NCBI RefSeq assembly: GCF_009914755.1
Contig: NC_060947.1
Source: the human T2T-CHM13v2.0 reference genome, Homo sapiens
DNA: 64,000 nt
Direction: 5' to 3' (one strand)
Below, piece by piece: positions 51,701 to 63,700 of this stretch (position 1 is the first letter of the stretch; each line of letters opens with the position of its first letter). A program made the translations under genes and the position numbers. The notes under the pieces are model-generated. The model made no database searches. It had not been told where the DNA came from and worked only from the letters and a program-made list of their open reading frames with translations.

Positions 51701-54700
51701 GAATACAAACATCACAAAGTAGTTTCCGAGAATGCTTCTGTTTAGTTTTTATGTGAAGATGATCCCGTTTCCAGTGAAATCTTCAAAGAGGTCCACATAT
51801 CCCCTTGCAGATTCCAAAGAAAGAGGGTTTCAAAACTGCTCCATCAGAAGGATTGTTCAACTCTGTGAGTTGAATGCAGTCATCGCAGAAAACTTTCTGA
51901 GAATGCTTCTGTCTAGGTTTGATGTGAAGATATAGACGTTTCAAACGAAGGCTACAAAGTGTTCAAAATATACACTTGCAGATTCTACTACAAGGGTGTT
52001 GCAAACCTGAACTATCAAAGGAAGGTTCAACTCTGTGAGTTGAATACAAACATCACAAAGAATGTTCTGAGTTTGCTTCCGTTCAGTTATGGGAAGTTGA
52101 TCCCGTTTCCAACGAAATCCTCAGAGAGGTCCAAATATCCCCTCGCAGATTCTACAAAACGTGTGTTTGGAAACTGCTCCATCATAACGAATGTTCAGCT
52201 CCCTGAGTTAAACTCCATCGTCACAAAGAATTTTCTGAGAGTGCTACCGTCTGGTTTTTATATGAAGTTCTTTCCTTCACTACCACAGGCCTCAAAGCGG
52301 TCCAAATCTCCACTTGCAGATTCTACAAAAAGAGTGTTTGCAAACTGCTCTATCAAAAGGAATGTTCAACTCTGGGAGTTGAATGCAATCATCACAGAGC
52401 AGTTTCTGAGAATGCTTCTATGTCGTTTTTAGGAGAAGATATTTCCTTTTCCAACACAGTCCTCCAAGCCCGCTAAATAGCCACTTGCACATTGTAGAAA
52501 AAGTGTGTCAAAGCTGCGCTATCAAAGGGAAAGTTCAACTCTGTGAGGTGAATGCAAACATCCCAAAGAAGTTTCTGAGAATGCTTCCGTTTAGCTTTTA
52601 GGTGAAGATTATCCCGTTTCCAACGAAACCTGCAAAGAGGTCCAAATATCCCCTTGCGGATCCCACAGAAAGAGTGTTTCGAAACTGCTGTTTCAAAAGG
52701 AATCTTCAACTCTGTGAGCTGAATGCAATCATCACAAAGAAGTTTCTGACAATGCTTCTCTCTCGTCTTTCTGTGAAGATAAAGGAAAAGGCTTTCAGGC
52801 CTGTTCCACCACAGGCCTGAAAGCGCTCCAAATGTCCACTTGCAGATTCTGCGAAAAGAATATTTCAAAACTGCTCTATGAAAAGCAATGTTAAACTCTG
52901 TGGCTGGAACACAAACATCACAAAGCGGTTTCTGAGAATGTTTCAGTTTAGTTTTTCTGTGGAAATATTCCCGTTTCCAAAGAAATCTTCAAAGAGGTCC
53001 ACGTATCCACTTACAGATTCTACAAAAAGACAGTTTCAAAACTGCTCCATCAAAAGGAGGGTTCAACTGTGTGACTTGAATGCAATCATCACTCAGAAGT
53101 TTCTGAGAATGCTTCTCTTTAGTTTTTACGTGAACATATACACGTTTCGAACGAAGGCCACCCAGTGGTCCAAATATCCACTTGCAGATTCTACAGAAAG
53201 AGTGTTTCGAACCTGAACTCTCAAAGGCAGGTTCATCTCTGCGAGTTAAATGCATTCATCATGAAGAACTTTCTCAGAGTGTTTGTGTTTAGTTATGGGA
53301 AATTATTCCCGTTTCCAAAGAAATCCTCAGAGAGCTCCAAATATCCACCTGCAGATTCTACCAAAAGTGTATTTGGAAACTGCTCCATCAAAAGGCATGT
53401 TCAGCTCTGTGAGTGAAACTCCATCATCACAAAGAATATTCTGAGAATGCTTCCGTTTGCCTTTTATATGAAGTTCCTTCCTATACGACCGTAGGCCTCA
53501 AAGCAGTCCAAATCTCCATTTGCAGATTCTACAAAAAGAGTGATTCCAATCTGCTCTATCAATAGGATTGTTCAACTCCATGAGTTGAATGCCATCCTCA
53601 CAAAGTAGTTTCTGAGAATGCTTCTATCTAGTTTTTATGTGAAGATATTTCCTTTTCCACCACAGGCCTCAAAGCCCTCCAAACGTCCACTTGCAGATTC
53701 TCGAAAAAGAGTGTTTCATAGCTGCTCTTTCAAAAGGAAAGTTCAACTCTGGGAGTTGAATACAAACATCACAAAGTAGTTTCCGAGAATGCTTCTGTTT
53801 AGTTTTTATGTGAAGATGATCCCGTTTCCAGTGAAATCTTCAAAGAGGTCCACATATCCCCTTGCAGATTCCAAAGAAAGAGGGTTTCAAAACTGCTCCA
53901 TCAGAAGGATTGTTCAACTCTGTGAGTTGAATGCAGTCATCGCAGAAAACTTTCTGAGAATGCTTCTGTCTAGGTTTGATGTGAAGATATAGACGTTTCA
54001 AACGAAGGCTACAAAGTGGTCAAAATATACACTTGCAGATTCTACTACAAGGGTGTTGCAAACCTGAACTATCAAAGGAAGGTTCAACTCTGTGAGTTGA
54101 ATACAAACATCACAAAGAATGTTCTGAGTTTGCTTCCGTTCAGTTATGGGAAGTTGATCCCGTTTCCAACGAAATCCTCAGAGAGGTCCAAATATCCCCT
54201 CGCAGATTCTACAAAACGTGTGTTTGGAAACTGCTCCATCATAACGAATGTTCAGCTCCCTGAGTTAAACTCCATCGTCACAAAGAATTTTCTGAGAGTG
54301 CTACCGTCTGGTTTTTATATGAAGTTCTTTCCTTCACTACCACAGGCCTGAAAGCGGTCCAAATCTCCACTTGCAGATTCTACAAAAAGAGTGTTTGCAA
54401 ACTGCTCTATCAAAAGGAATGTTCAACTCTGGGAGTTGAATGCAATCATCACAGAGCAGTTTCTGAGAATGCTTCTATGTCGTTTTTAGGAGAAGATATT
54501 TCCTTTTCCAACACAGTCCTCCAAGCCCGCTAAATAGCCACTTGCACATTGTAGAAAAAGTGTGTCAAAGCTGCGCTATCAAAGGGAAAGTTCAACTCTG
54601 TGAGGTGAATGCAAACATCCCAAAGAAGTTTCTGAGAATGCTTCCGTTTAGCTTTTAGGTGAAGATTATCCCGTTTCCAACGAAACCTGCAAAGAGGTCC

Positions 54701-57700
54701 AAATATCCCCTTGCGGATCCCACAGAAAGAGTGTTTCGAAACTGCTGTTTCAAAAGGAATCTTCAACTCTGTGAGCTGAATGCAATCATCACAAAGAAGT
54801 TTCTGACAATGCTTCTCTCTCGTCTTTCTGTGAAGATAAAGGAAAAGGCTTTCAGGCCTTTTCCACCACAGGCCTGAAAGCGCTCCAAATGTCCACTTGC
54901 AGATTCTGCGAAAAGAATATTTCAAAACTGCTCTATGAAAAGCAATGTTAAACTCTGTGGCTGGAACACAAACATCACAAAGCGGTTTCTGAGAATGTTT
55001 CAGTTTAGTTTTTCTGTGGAAATATTCCCGTTTCCAAAGAAATCTTCAAAGAGGTCCACGTATCCACTTACAGATTCTACAAAAAGACAGTTTCAAAACT
55101 GCTCCATCAAAAGGAGGGTTCAACTGTGTGACTTGAATGCAATCATCACTCAGAAGTTTCTGAGAATGCTTCTCTTTAGTTTTTACGTGAACATATACCC
55201 GTTTCGAACGAAGGCCACCCAGTGGTCCAAATATCCACTTGCAGATTCTACAGAAAGAGTGTTTCGAACCTGAACTCTCAAAGGCAGGTTCATCTCTGCG
55301 AGTTAAATGCATTCATCATGAAGAACTTTCTCAGAGTGTTTGTGTTTAGTTATGGGAAATTATTCCCGTTTCCAACGAAATCCTCAGAGAGCTCCAAATA
55401 TCCACCTGCAGATTCTACCAAAAGTGTATTTGGAAACTGCTCCATCAAAAGGCACGTTCAGCTCTGTGAGTGAAACTCCATCATCACAAAGAATATTCTG
55501 AGAATGCTTCCGTTTGCCTTTTATATGAAGTTCCTTCCTATACGACCGTAGGCCTCAAAGCAGTCCAAATCTCCATTTGCAGATTCTACAAAAAGAGTGA
55601 TTCCAATCTGCTCTATCAATAGGATTGTTCAACTCCATGAGTTGAATGCCATCCTCACAAAGTAGTTTCTGAGAATGCTTCTATCTAGTTTTTATGTGAA
55701 GATATTTCCTTTTCCACCACAGGCCTCAAAGCCCTCCAAACGTCCACTTGCAGATTCTCGAAAAAGAGTGTTTCATAGCTGCTCTTTCAAAAGGAAAGTT
55801 CAACTCTGGGAGTTGAATACAAACATCACAAAGTAGTTTCCGAGAATGCTTCTGTTTAGTTTTTATGTGAAGATGATCCCGTTTCCAGTGAAATCTTCAA
55901 AGAGGTCCACATATCCCCTTGCAGATTCCAAAGAAAGAGGGTTTCAAAACTGCTCCATCAGAAGGATTGTTCAACTCTGTGAGTTGAATGCAGTCATCGC
56001 AGAAAACTTTCTGAGAATGCTTCTGTCTAGGTTTGATGTGAAGATATAGACGTTTCAAACGAAGGCTACAAAGTGTTCAAAATATACACTTGCAGATTCT
56101 ACTACAAGGGTGTTGCAAACCTGAACTATCAAAGGAAGGTTCAACTCTGTGAGTTGAATACAAACATCACAAAGAATGTTCTGAGTTTGCTTCCGTTCAG
56201 TTATGGGAAGTTGATCCCGTTTCCAACGAAATCCTCAGAGAGGTCCAAATATCCCCTCGCAGATTCTACAAAACGTGTGTTTGGAAACTGCTCCATCATA
56301 ACGAATGTTCAGCTCCCTGAGTTAAACTCCATCGTCACAAAGAATTTTCTGAGAGTGCTACCGTCTGGTTTTTATATGAAGTTCTTTCCTTCACTACCAC
56401 AGGCCTCAAAGCGGTCCAAATCTCCACTTGCAGATTCTACAAAAAGAGTGTTTGCAAACTGCTCTATCAAAAGGAATGTTCAACTCTGGGAGTTGAATGC
56501 AATCATCACAGAGCAGTTTCTGAGAATGCTTCTATGTCGTTTTTAGGAGAAGATATTTCCTTTTCCAACACAGTCCTCCAAGCCCGCTAAATAGCCACTT
56601 GCACATTGTAGAAAAAGTGTGTCAAAGCTGCGCTATCAAAGGGAAAGTTCAACTCTGTGAGGTGAATGCAAACATCCCAAAGAAGTTTCTGAGAATGCTT
56701 CCGTTTAGCTTTTAGGTGAAGATTATCCCGTTTCCAACGAAACCTTCAAAGAGGTCCAAATATCCCCTTGCGGATCCCACAGAAAGAGTGTTTCGAAACT
56801 GCTGTTTCAAAAGGAATCTTCAACTCTGTGAGCTGAATGCAATCATCACAAAGAAGTTTCTGACAATGCTTCTCTCTCGTCTTTCTGTGAAGATAAAGGA
56901 AAAGGCTTTCAGGCCTTTTCCACCACAGGCCTGAAAGCGCTCCAAATGTCCACTTGCAGATTCTGCGAAAAGAATATTTCAAAACTGCTCTATGAAAAGC
57001 AATGTTAAACTCTGTGGCTGGAACACAAACATCACAAAGCGGTTTCTGAGAATGTTTCAGTTTAGTTTTTCTGTGGAAATATTCCCGTTTCCAAAGAAAT
57101 CTTCAAAGAGGTCCACGTATCCACTTACAGATTCTACAAAAAGACAGTTTCAAAACTGCTCCATCAAAAGGAGGGTTCAACTGTGTGACTTGAATGCAAT
57201 CATCACTCAGAAGTTTCTGAGAATGCTTCTCTTTAGTTTTTACGTGAACATATACCCGTTTCGAACGAAGGCCACCCAGTGGTCCAAATATCCACTTGCA
57301 GATTCTACAGAAAGAGTGTTTCGAACCTGAACTCTCAAAGGCAGGTTCATCTCTGCGAGTTAAATGCATTCATCATGAAGAACTTTCTCAGAGTGTTTGT
57401 GTTTAGTTATGGGAAATTATTCCCGTTTCCAACGAAATCCTCAGAGAGCTCCAAATATCCACCTGCAGATTCTACCAAAAGTGTATTTGGAAACTGCTCC
57501 ATCAAAAGGCACGTTCAGCTCTGTGAGTGAAACTCCATCATCACAAAGAATATTCTGAGAATGCTTCCGTTTGCCTTTTATATGAAGTTCCTTCCTATAC
57601 GACCGTAGGCCTCAAAGCAGTCCAAATCTCCATTTGCAGATTCTACAAAAAGAGTGATTCCAATCTGCTCTATCAATAGGATTGTTCAACTCCATGAGTT

Positions 57701-60700
57701 GAATGCCATCCTCACAAAGTAGTTTCTGAGAATGCTTCTATCTAGTTTTTATGTGAAGATATTTCCTTTTCCACCACAGGCCTCAAAGCCCTCCAAACGT
57801 CCACTTGCAGATTCTCGAAAAAGAGTGTTTCATAGCTGCTCTTTCAAAAGGAAAGTTCAACTCTGGGAGTTGAATACAAACATCACAAAGTAGTTTCCGA
57901 GAATGCTTCTGTTTAGTTTTTATGTGAAGATGATCCCGTTTCCAGTGAAATCTTCAAAGAGGTCCACATATCCCCTTGCAGATTCCAAAGAAAGAGGGTT
58001 TCAAAACTGCTCCATCAGAAGGATTGTTCAACTCTGTGAGTTGAATGCAGTCATCGCAGAAAACTTTCTGAGAATGCTTCTGTCTAGGTTTGATGTGAAG
58101 ATATAGACGTTTCAAACGAAGGCTACAAAGTGGTCAAAATATACACTTGCAGATTCTACTACAAGGGTGTTGCAAACCTGAACTATCAAAGGAAGGTTCA
58201 ACTCTGTGAGTTGAATACAAACATCACAAAGAATGTTCTGAGTTTGCTTCCGTTCAGTTATGGGAAGTTGATCCCGTTTCCAACGAAATCCTCAGAGAGG
58301 TCCAAATATCCCCTCGCAGATTCTACAAAACGTGTGTTTGGAAACTGCTCCATCATAACGAATGTTCAGCTCCCTGAGTTAAACTCCATCGTCACAAAGA
58401 ATTTTCTGAGAGTGCTACCGTCTGGTTTTTATATGAAGTTCTTTCCTTCACTACCACAGGCCTGAAAGCGGTCCAAATCTCCACTTGCAGATTCTACAAA
58501 AAGAGTGTTTGCAAACTGCTCTATCAAAAGGAATGTTCAACTCTGGGAGTTGAATGCAATCATCACAGAGCAGTTTCTGAGAATGCTTCTATGTCGTTTT
58601 TAGGAGAAGATATTTCCTTTTCCAACACCGTCCTCCAAGCCCGCTAAATAGCCACTTGCACATTGTAGAAATAGTGTGTCAAAGCTGCGCTATCAAAGGG
58701 AAAGTTCAACTCTGTGAGGTGAATGCAAACATCCCAAAGAAGTTTCTGAGAATGCTTCCGTTTAGCTTTTAGGTGAAGATTATCCCGTTTCCAACGAAAC
58801 CTGCAAAGAGGTCCAAATATCCCCTTGCGGATCCCACAGAAAGAGTGTTTCGAAACTGCTGTTTCAAAAGGAATCTTCAACTCTGTGAGCTGAATGCAAT
58901 CATCACAAAGAAGTTTCTGACAATGCTTCTCTCTCGTCTTTCTGTGAAGATAAAGGAAAAGGCTTTCAGGCCTTTTCCACCACAGGCCTGAAAGCGCTCC
59001 AAATGTCCACTTGCAGATTCTGCGAAAAGAATATTTCAAAACTGCTCTATGAAAAGCAATGTTAAACTCTGTGGCTGGAACACAAACATCACAAAGCGGT
59101 TTCTGAGAATGTTTCAGTTTAGTTTTTCTGTGGAAATATTCCCGTTTCCAAAGAAATCTTCAAAGAGGTCCACGTATCCACTTACAGATTCTACAAAAAG
59201 ACAGTTTCAAAACTGCTCCATCAAAAGGAGGGTTCAACTGTGTGACTTGAATGCAATCATCACTCAGAAGTTTCTGAGAATGCTTCTCTTTAGTTTTTAC
59301 GTGAACATATACCCGTTTCGAACGAAGGCCACCCAGTGGTCCAAATATCCACTTGCAGATTCTACAGAAAGAGTGTTTCGAACCTGAACTCTCAAAGGCA
59401 GGTTCATCTCTGCGAGTTAAATGCATTCATCATGAAGAACTTTCTCAGAGTGTTTGTGTTTAGTTATGGGAAATTATTCCCGTTTCCAACGAAATCCTCA
59501 GAGAGCTCCAAATATCCACCTGCAGATTCTACCAAAAGTGTATTTGGAAACTGCTCCATCAAAAGGCACGTTCAGCTCTGTGAGTGAAACTCCATCATCA
59601 CAAAGAATATTCTGAGAATGCTTCCGTTTGCCTTTTATATGAAGTTCCTTCCTATACGACCGTAGGCCTCAAAGCAGTCCAAATCTCCATTTGCAGATTC
59701 TACAAAAAGAGTGATTCCAATCTGCTCTATCAATAGGATTGTTCAACTCCATGAGTTGAATGCCATCCTCACAAAGTAGTTTCTGAGAATGCTTCTATCT
59801 AGTTTTTATGTGAAGATATTTCCTTTTCCACCACAGGCCTCAAAGCCCTCCAAACGTCCACTTGCAGATTCTCGAAAAAGAGTGTTTCATAGCTGCTCTT
59901 TCAAAAGGAAAGTTCAACTCTGGGAGTTGAATACAAACATCACAAAGTAGTTTCCGAGAATGCTTCTGTTTAGTTTTTATGTGAAGATGATCCCGTTTCC
60001 AGTGAAATCTTCAAAGAGGTCCACATATCCCCTTGCAGATTCCAAAGAAAGAGGGTTTCAAAACTGCTCCATCAGAAGGATTGTTCAACTCTGTGAGTTG
60101 AATGCAGTCATCGCAGAAAACTTTCTGAGAATGCTTCTGTCTAGGTTTGATGTGAAGATATAGACGTTTCAAACGAAGGCTACAAAGTGTTCAAAATATA
60201 CACTTGCAGATTCTACTACAAGGGTGTTGCAAACCTGAACTATCAAAGGAAGGTTCAACTCTGTGAGTTGAATACAAACATCACAAAGAATGTTCTGAGT
60301 TTGCTTCCGTTCAGTTATGGGAAGTTGATCCCGTTTCCAACGAAATCCTCAGAGAGGTCCAAATATCCCCTCGCAGATTCTACAAAACGTGTGTTTGGAA
60401 ACTGCTCCATCATAACGAATGTTCAGCTCCCTGAGTTAAACTCCATCGTCACAAAGAATTTTCTGAGAGTGCTACCGTCTGGTTTTTATATGAAGTTCTT
60501 TCCTTCACTACCACAGGCCTGAAAGCGGTCCAAATCTCCACTTGCAGATTCTACAAAAAGAGTGTTTGCAAACTGCTCTATCAAAAGGAATGTTCAACTC
60601 TGGGAGTTGAATGCAATCATCACAGAGCAGTTTCTGAGAATGCTTCTATGTCGTTTTTAGGAGAAGATATTTCGTTTTCCAACACAGTCCTCCAAGCCCG

Positions 60701-63700
60701 CTAAATAGCCACTTGCACATTGTAGAAAAAGTGTGTCAAAGCTGCGCTATCAAAGGGAAAGTTCAACTCTGTGAGGTGAATGCAAACATCCCAAAGAAGT
60801 TTCTGAGAATGCTTCCGTTTAGCTTTTAGGTGAAGATTATCCCGTTTCCAACGAAACCTGCAAAGAGGTCCAAATATCCCCTTGCGGATCCCACAGAAAG
60901 AGTGTTTCGAAACTGCTGTTTCAAAAGGAATCTTCAACTCTGTGAGCTGAATGCAATCATCACAAAGAAGTTTCTGACAATGCTTCTCTCTCGTCTTTCT
61001 GTGAAGATAAAGGAAAAGGCTTTCAGGCCTTTTCCACCACAGGCCTGAAAGCGCTCCAAATGTCCACTTGCAGATTCTGCGAAAAGAATATTTCAAAACT
61101 GCTCTATGAAAAGCAATGTTAAACTCTGTGGCTGGAACACAAACATCACAAAGCGGTTTCTGAGAATGTTTCAGTTTAGTTTTTCTGTGGAAATATTCCC
61201 GTTTCCAAAGAAATCTTCAAAGAGGTCCACGTATCCACTTACAGATTCTACAAAAAGACAGTTTCAAAACTGCTCCATCAAAAGGAGGGTTCAACTGTGT
61301 GACTTGAATGCAATCATCACTCAGAAGTTTCTGAGAATGCTTCTCTTTAGTTTTTACGTGAACATATACCCGTTTCGAACGAAGGCCACCCAGTGGTCCT
61401 AATATCCACTTGCAGATTCTACAGAAAGAGTGTTTCGAACCTGAACTCTCAAAGGCAGGTTCATCTCTGCGAGTTAAATGCATTCATCATGAAGAACTTT
61501 CTCAGAGTGTTTGTGTTTAGTTATGGGAAATTATTCCCGTTTCCAACGAAATCCTCAGAGAGCTCCAAATATCCACCTGCAGATTCTACCAAAAGTGTAT
61601 TTGGAAACTGCTCCATCAAAAGGCACGTTCAGCTCTGTGAGTGAAACTCCATCATCACAAAGAATATTCTGAGAATGCTTCCGTTTGCCTTTTATATGAA
61701 GTTCCTTCCTATACGACCGTAGGCCTCAAAGCAGTCCAAATCTCCATTTGCAGATTCTACAAAAAGAGTGATTCCAATCTGCTCTATCAATAGGATTGTT
61801 CAACTCCATGAGTTGAATGCCATCCTCACAAAGTAGTTTCTGAGAATGCTTCTATCTAGTTTTTATGTGAAGATATTTCCTTTTCCACCACAGGCCTCAA
61901 AGCCCTCCAAACGTCCACTTGCAGATTCTCGAAAAAGAGTGTTTCATAGCTGCTCTTTCAAAAGGAAAGTTCAACTCTGGGAGTTGAATACAAACATCAC
62001 AAAGTAGTTTCCGAGAATGCTTCTGTTTAGTTTTTATGTGAAGATGATCCCGTTTCCAGTGAAATCTTCAAAGAGGTCCACATATCCCCTTGCAGATTCC
62101 AAAGAAAGAGGGTTTCAAAACTGCTCCATCAGAAGGATTGTTCAACTCTGTGAGTTGAATGCAGTCATCGCAGAAAACTTTCTGAGAATGCTTCTGTCTA
62201 GGTTTGATGTGAAGATATAGACGTTTCAAACGAAGGCTACAAAGTGGTCAAAATATACACTTGCAGATTCTACTACAAGGGTGTTGCAAACCTGAACTAT
62301 CAAAGGAAGGTTCAACTCTGTGAGTTGAATACAAACATCACAAAGAATGTTCTGAGTTTGCTTCCGTTCAGTTATGGGAAGTTGATCCCGTTTCCAACGA
62401 AATCCTCAGAGAGGTCCAAATATCCCCTCGCAGATTCTACAAAACGTGTGTTTGGAAACTGCTCCATCATAACGAATGTTCAGCTCCCTGAGTTAAACTC
62501 CATCGTCACAAAGAATTTTCTGAGAGTGCTACCGTCTGGTTTTTATATGAAGTTCTTTCCTTCACTACCACAGGCCTCAAAGCGGTCCAAATCTCCACTT
62601 GCAGATTCTACAAAAAGAGTGTTTGCAAACTGCTCTATCAAAAGGAATGTTCAACTCTGGGAGTTGAATGCAATCATCACAGAGCAGTTTCTGAGAATGC
62701 TTCTATGTCGTTTTTAGGAGAAGATATTTCCTTTTCCAACACCGTCCTCCAAGCCCGCTAAATAGCCACTTGCACATTGTAGAAAAAGTGTGTCAAAGCT
62801 GCGCTATCAAAGGGAAAGTTCAACTCTGTGAGGTGAATGCAAACATCCCAAAGAAGTTTCTGAGAATGCTTCCGTTTAGCTTTTAGGTGAAGATTATCCC
62901 GTTTCCAACGAAACCTTCAAAGAGGTCCAAATATCCCCTTGCGGATCCCACAGAAAGAGTGTTTCGAAACTGCTGTTTCAAAAGGAATCTTCAACTCTGT
63001 GAGTTGAATGCAATCATCACAAAGAAGTTTCTGACAATGCTTCTCTCTCGTCTTTCTGTGAAGATAAAGGAAAAGGCTTTCAGGCCTTTTCCACCACAGG
63101 CCTGAAAGCGCTCCAAATGTCCACTTGCAGATTCTGCGAAAAGAATATTTCAAAACTGCTCTATGAAAAGCAATGTTAAACTCTGTGGCTCGAACACAAA
63201 CATCACAAAGCAGTTTCTGAGAATGCTTCAGTTTAGTTTTTCTGTGGAAATATTCCCGTTTCAAAGAAATCTTCAAAGAGGTCCACGTATCCACTTACAG
63301 ATTCTACAAAAAGACAGTTTCAAAACTGCTCCATCAAAAGGAGGGTTCAACTGTGTGACTTGAATGCAATCATCACTCAGAAGTTTCTGAGAATGCTTCT
63401 CTTTAGTTTTTACGTGAACATATACCCGTTTCGAACGAAGGCCACCCAGTGGTCCAAATATCCACTTGCAGATTCTACAGAAAGAGTGTTTCGAACCTGA
63501 ACTCTCAAAGGCAGGTTCATCTCTGCGAGTTAAATGCATTCATCATGAAGAACTTTCTCAGAGTGTTTGTGTTTAGTTATGGGAAATTATTCCCGTTTCC
63601 AACGAAATCCTCAGAGAGCTCCAAATATCCACCTGCAGATTCTACCAAAAGTGTATTTGGAAACTGCTCCATCAAAAGGCATGTTCAGCTCTGTGAGTGA

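Noticed and set aside
7-63700. About 190 short ORFs (64-176 aa) on both strands
   Set aside because: They recur with the 2057-bp period and show 57-aa (171-bp) internal periodicity, mostly lack ATG starts, resemble no protein family I recognise, and are opened or closed at random by SNVs. They are translations of satellite DNA.
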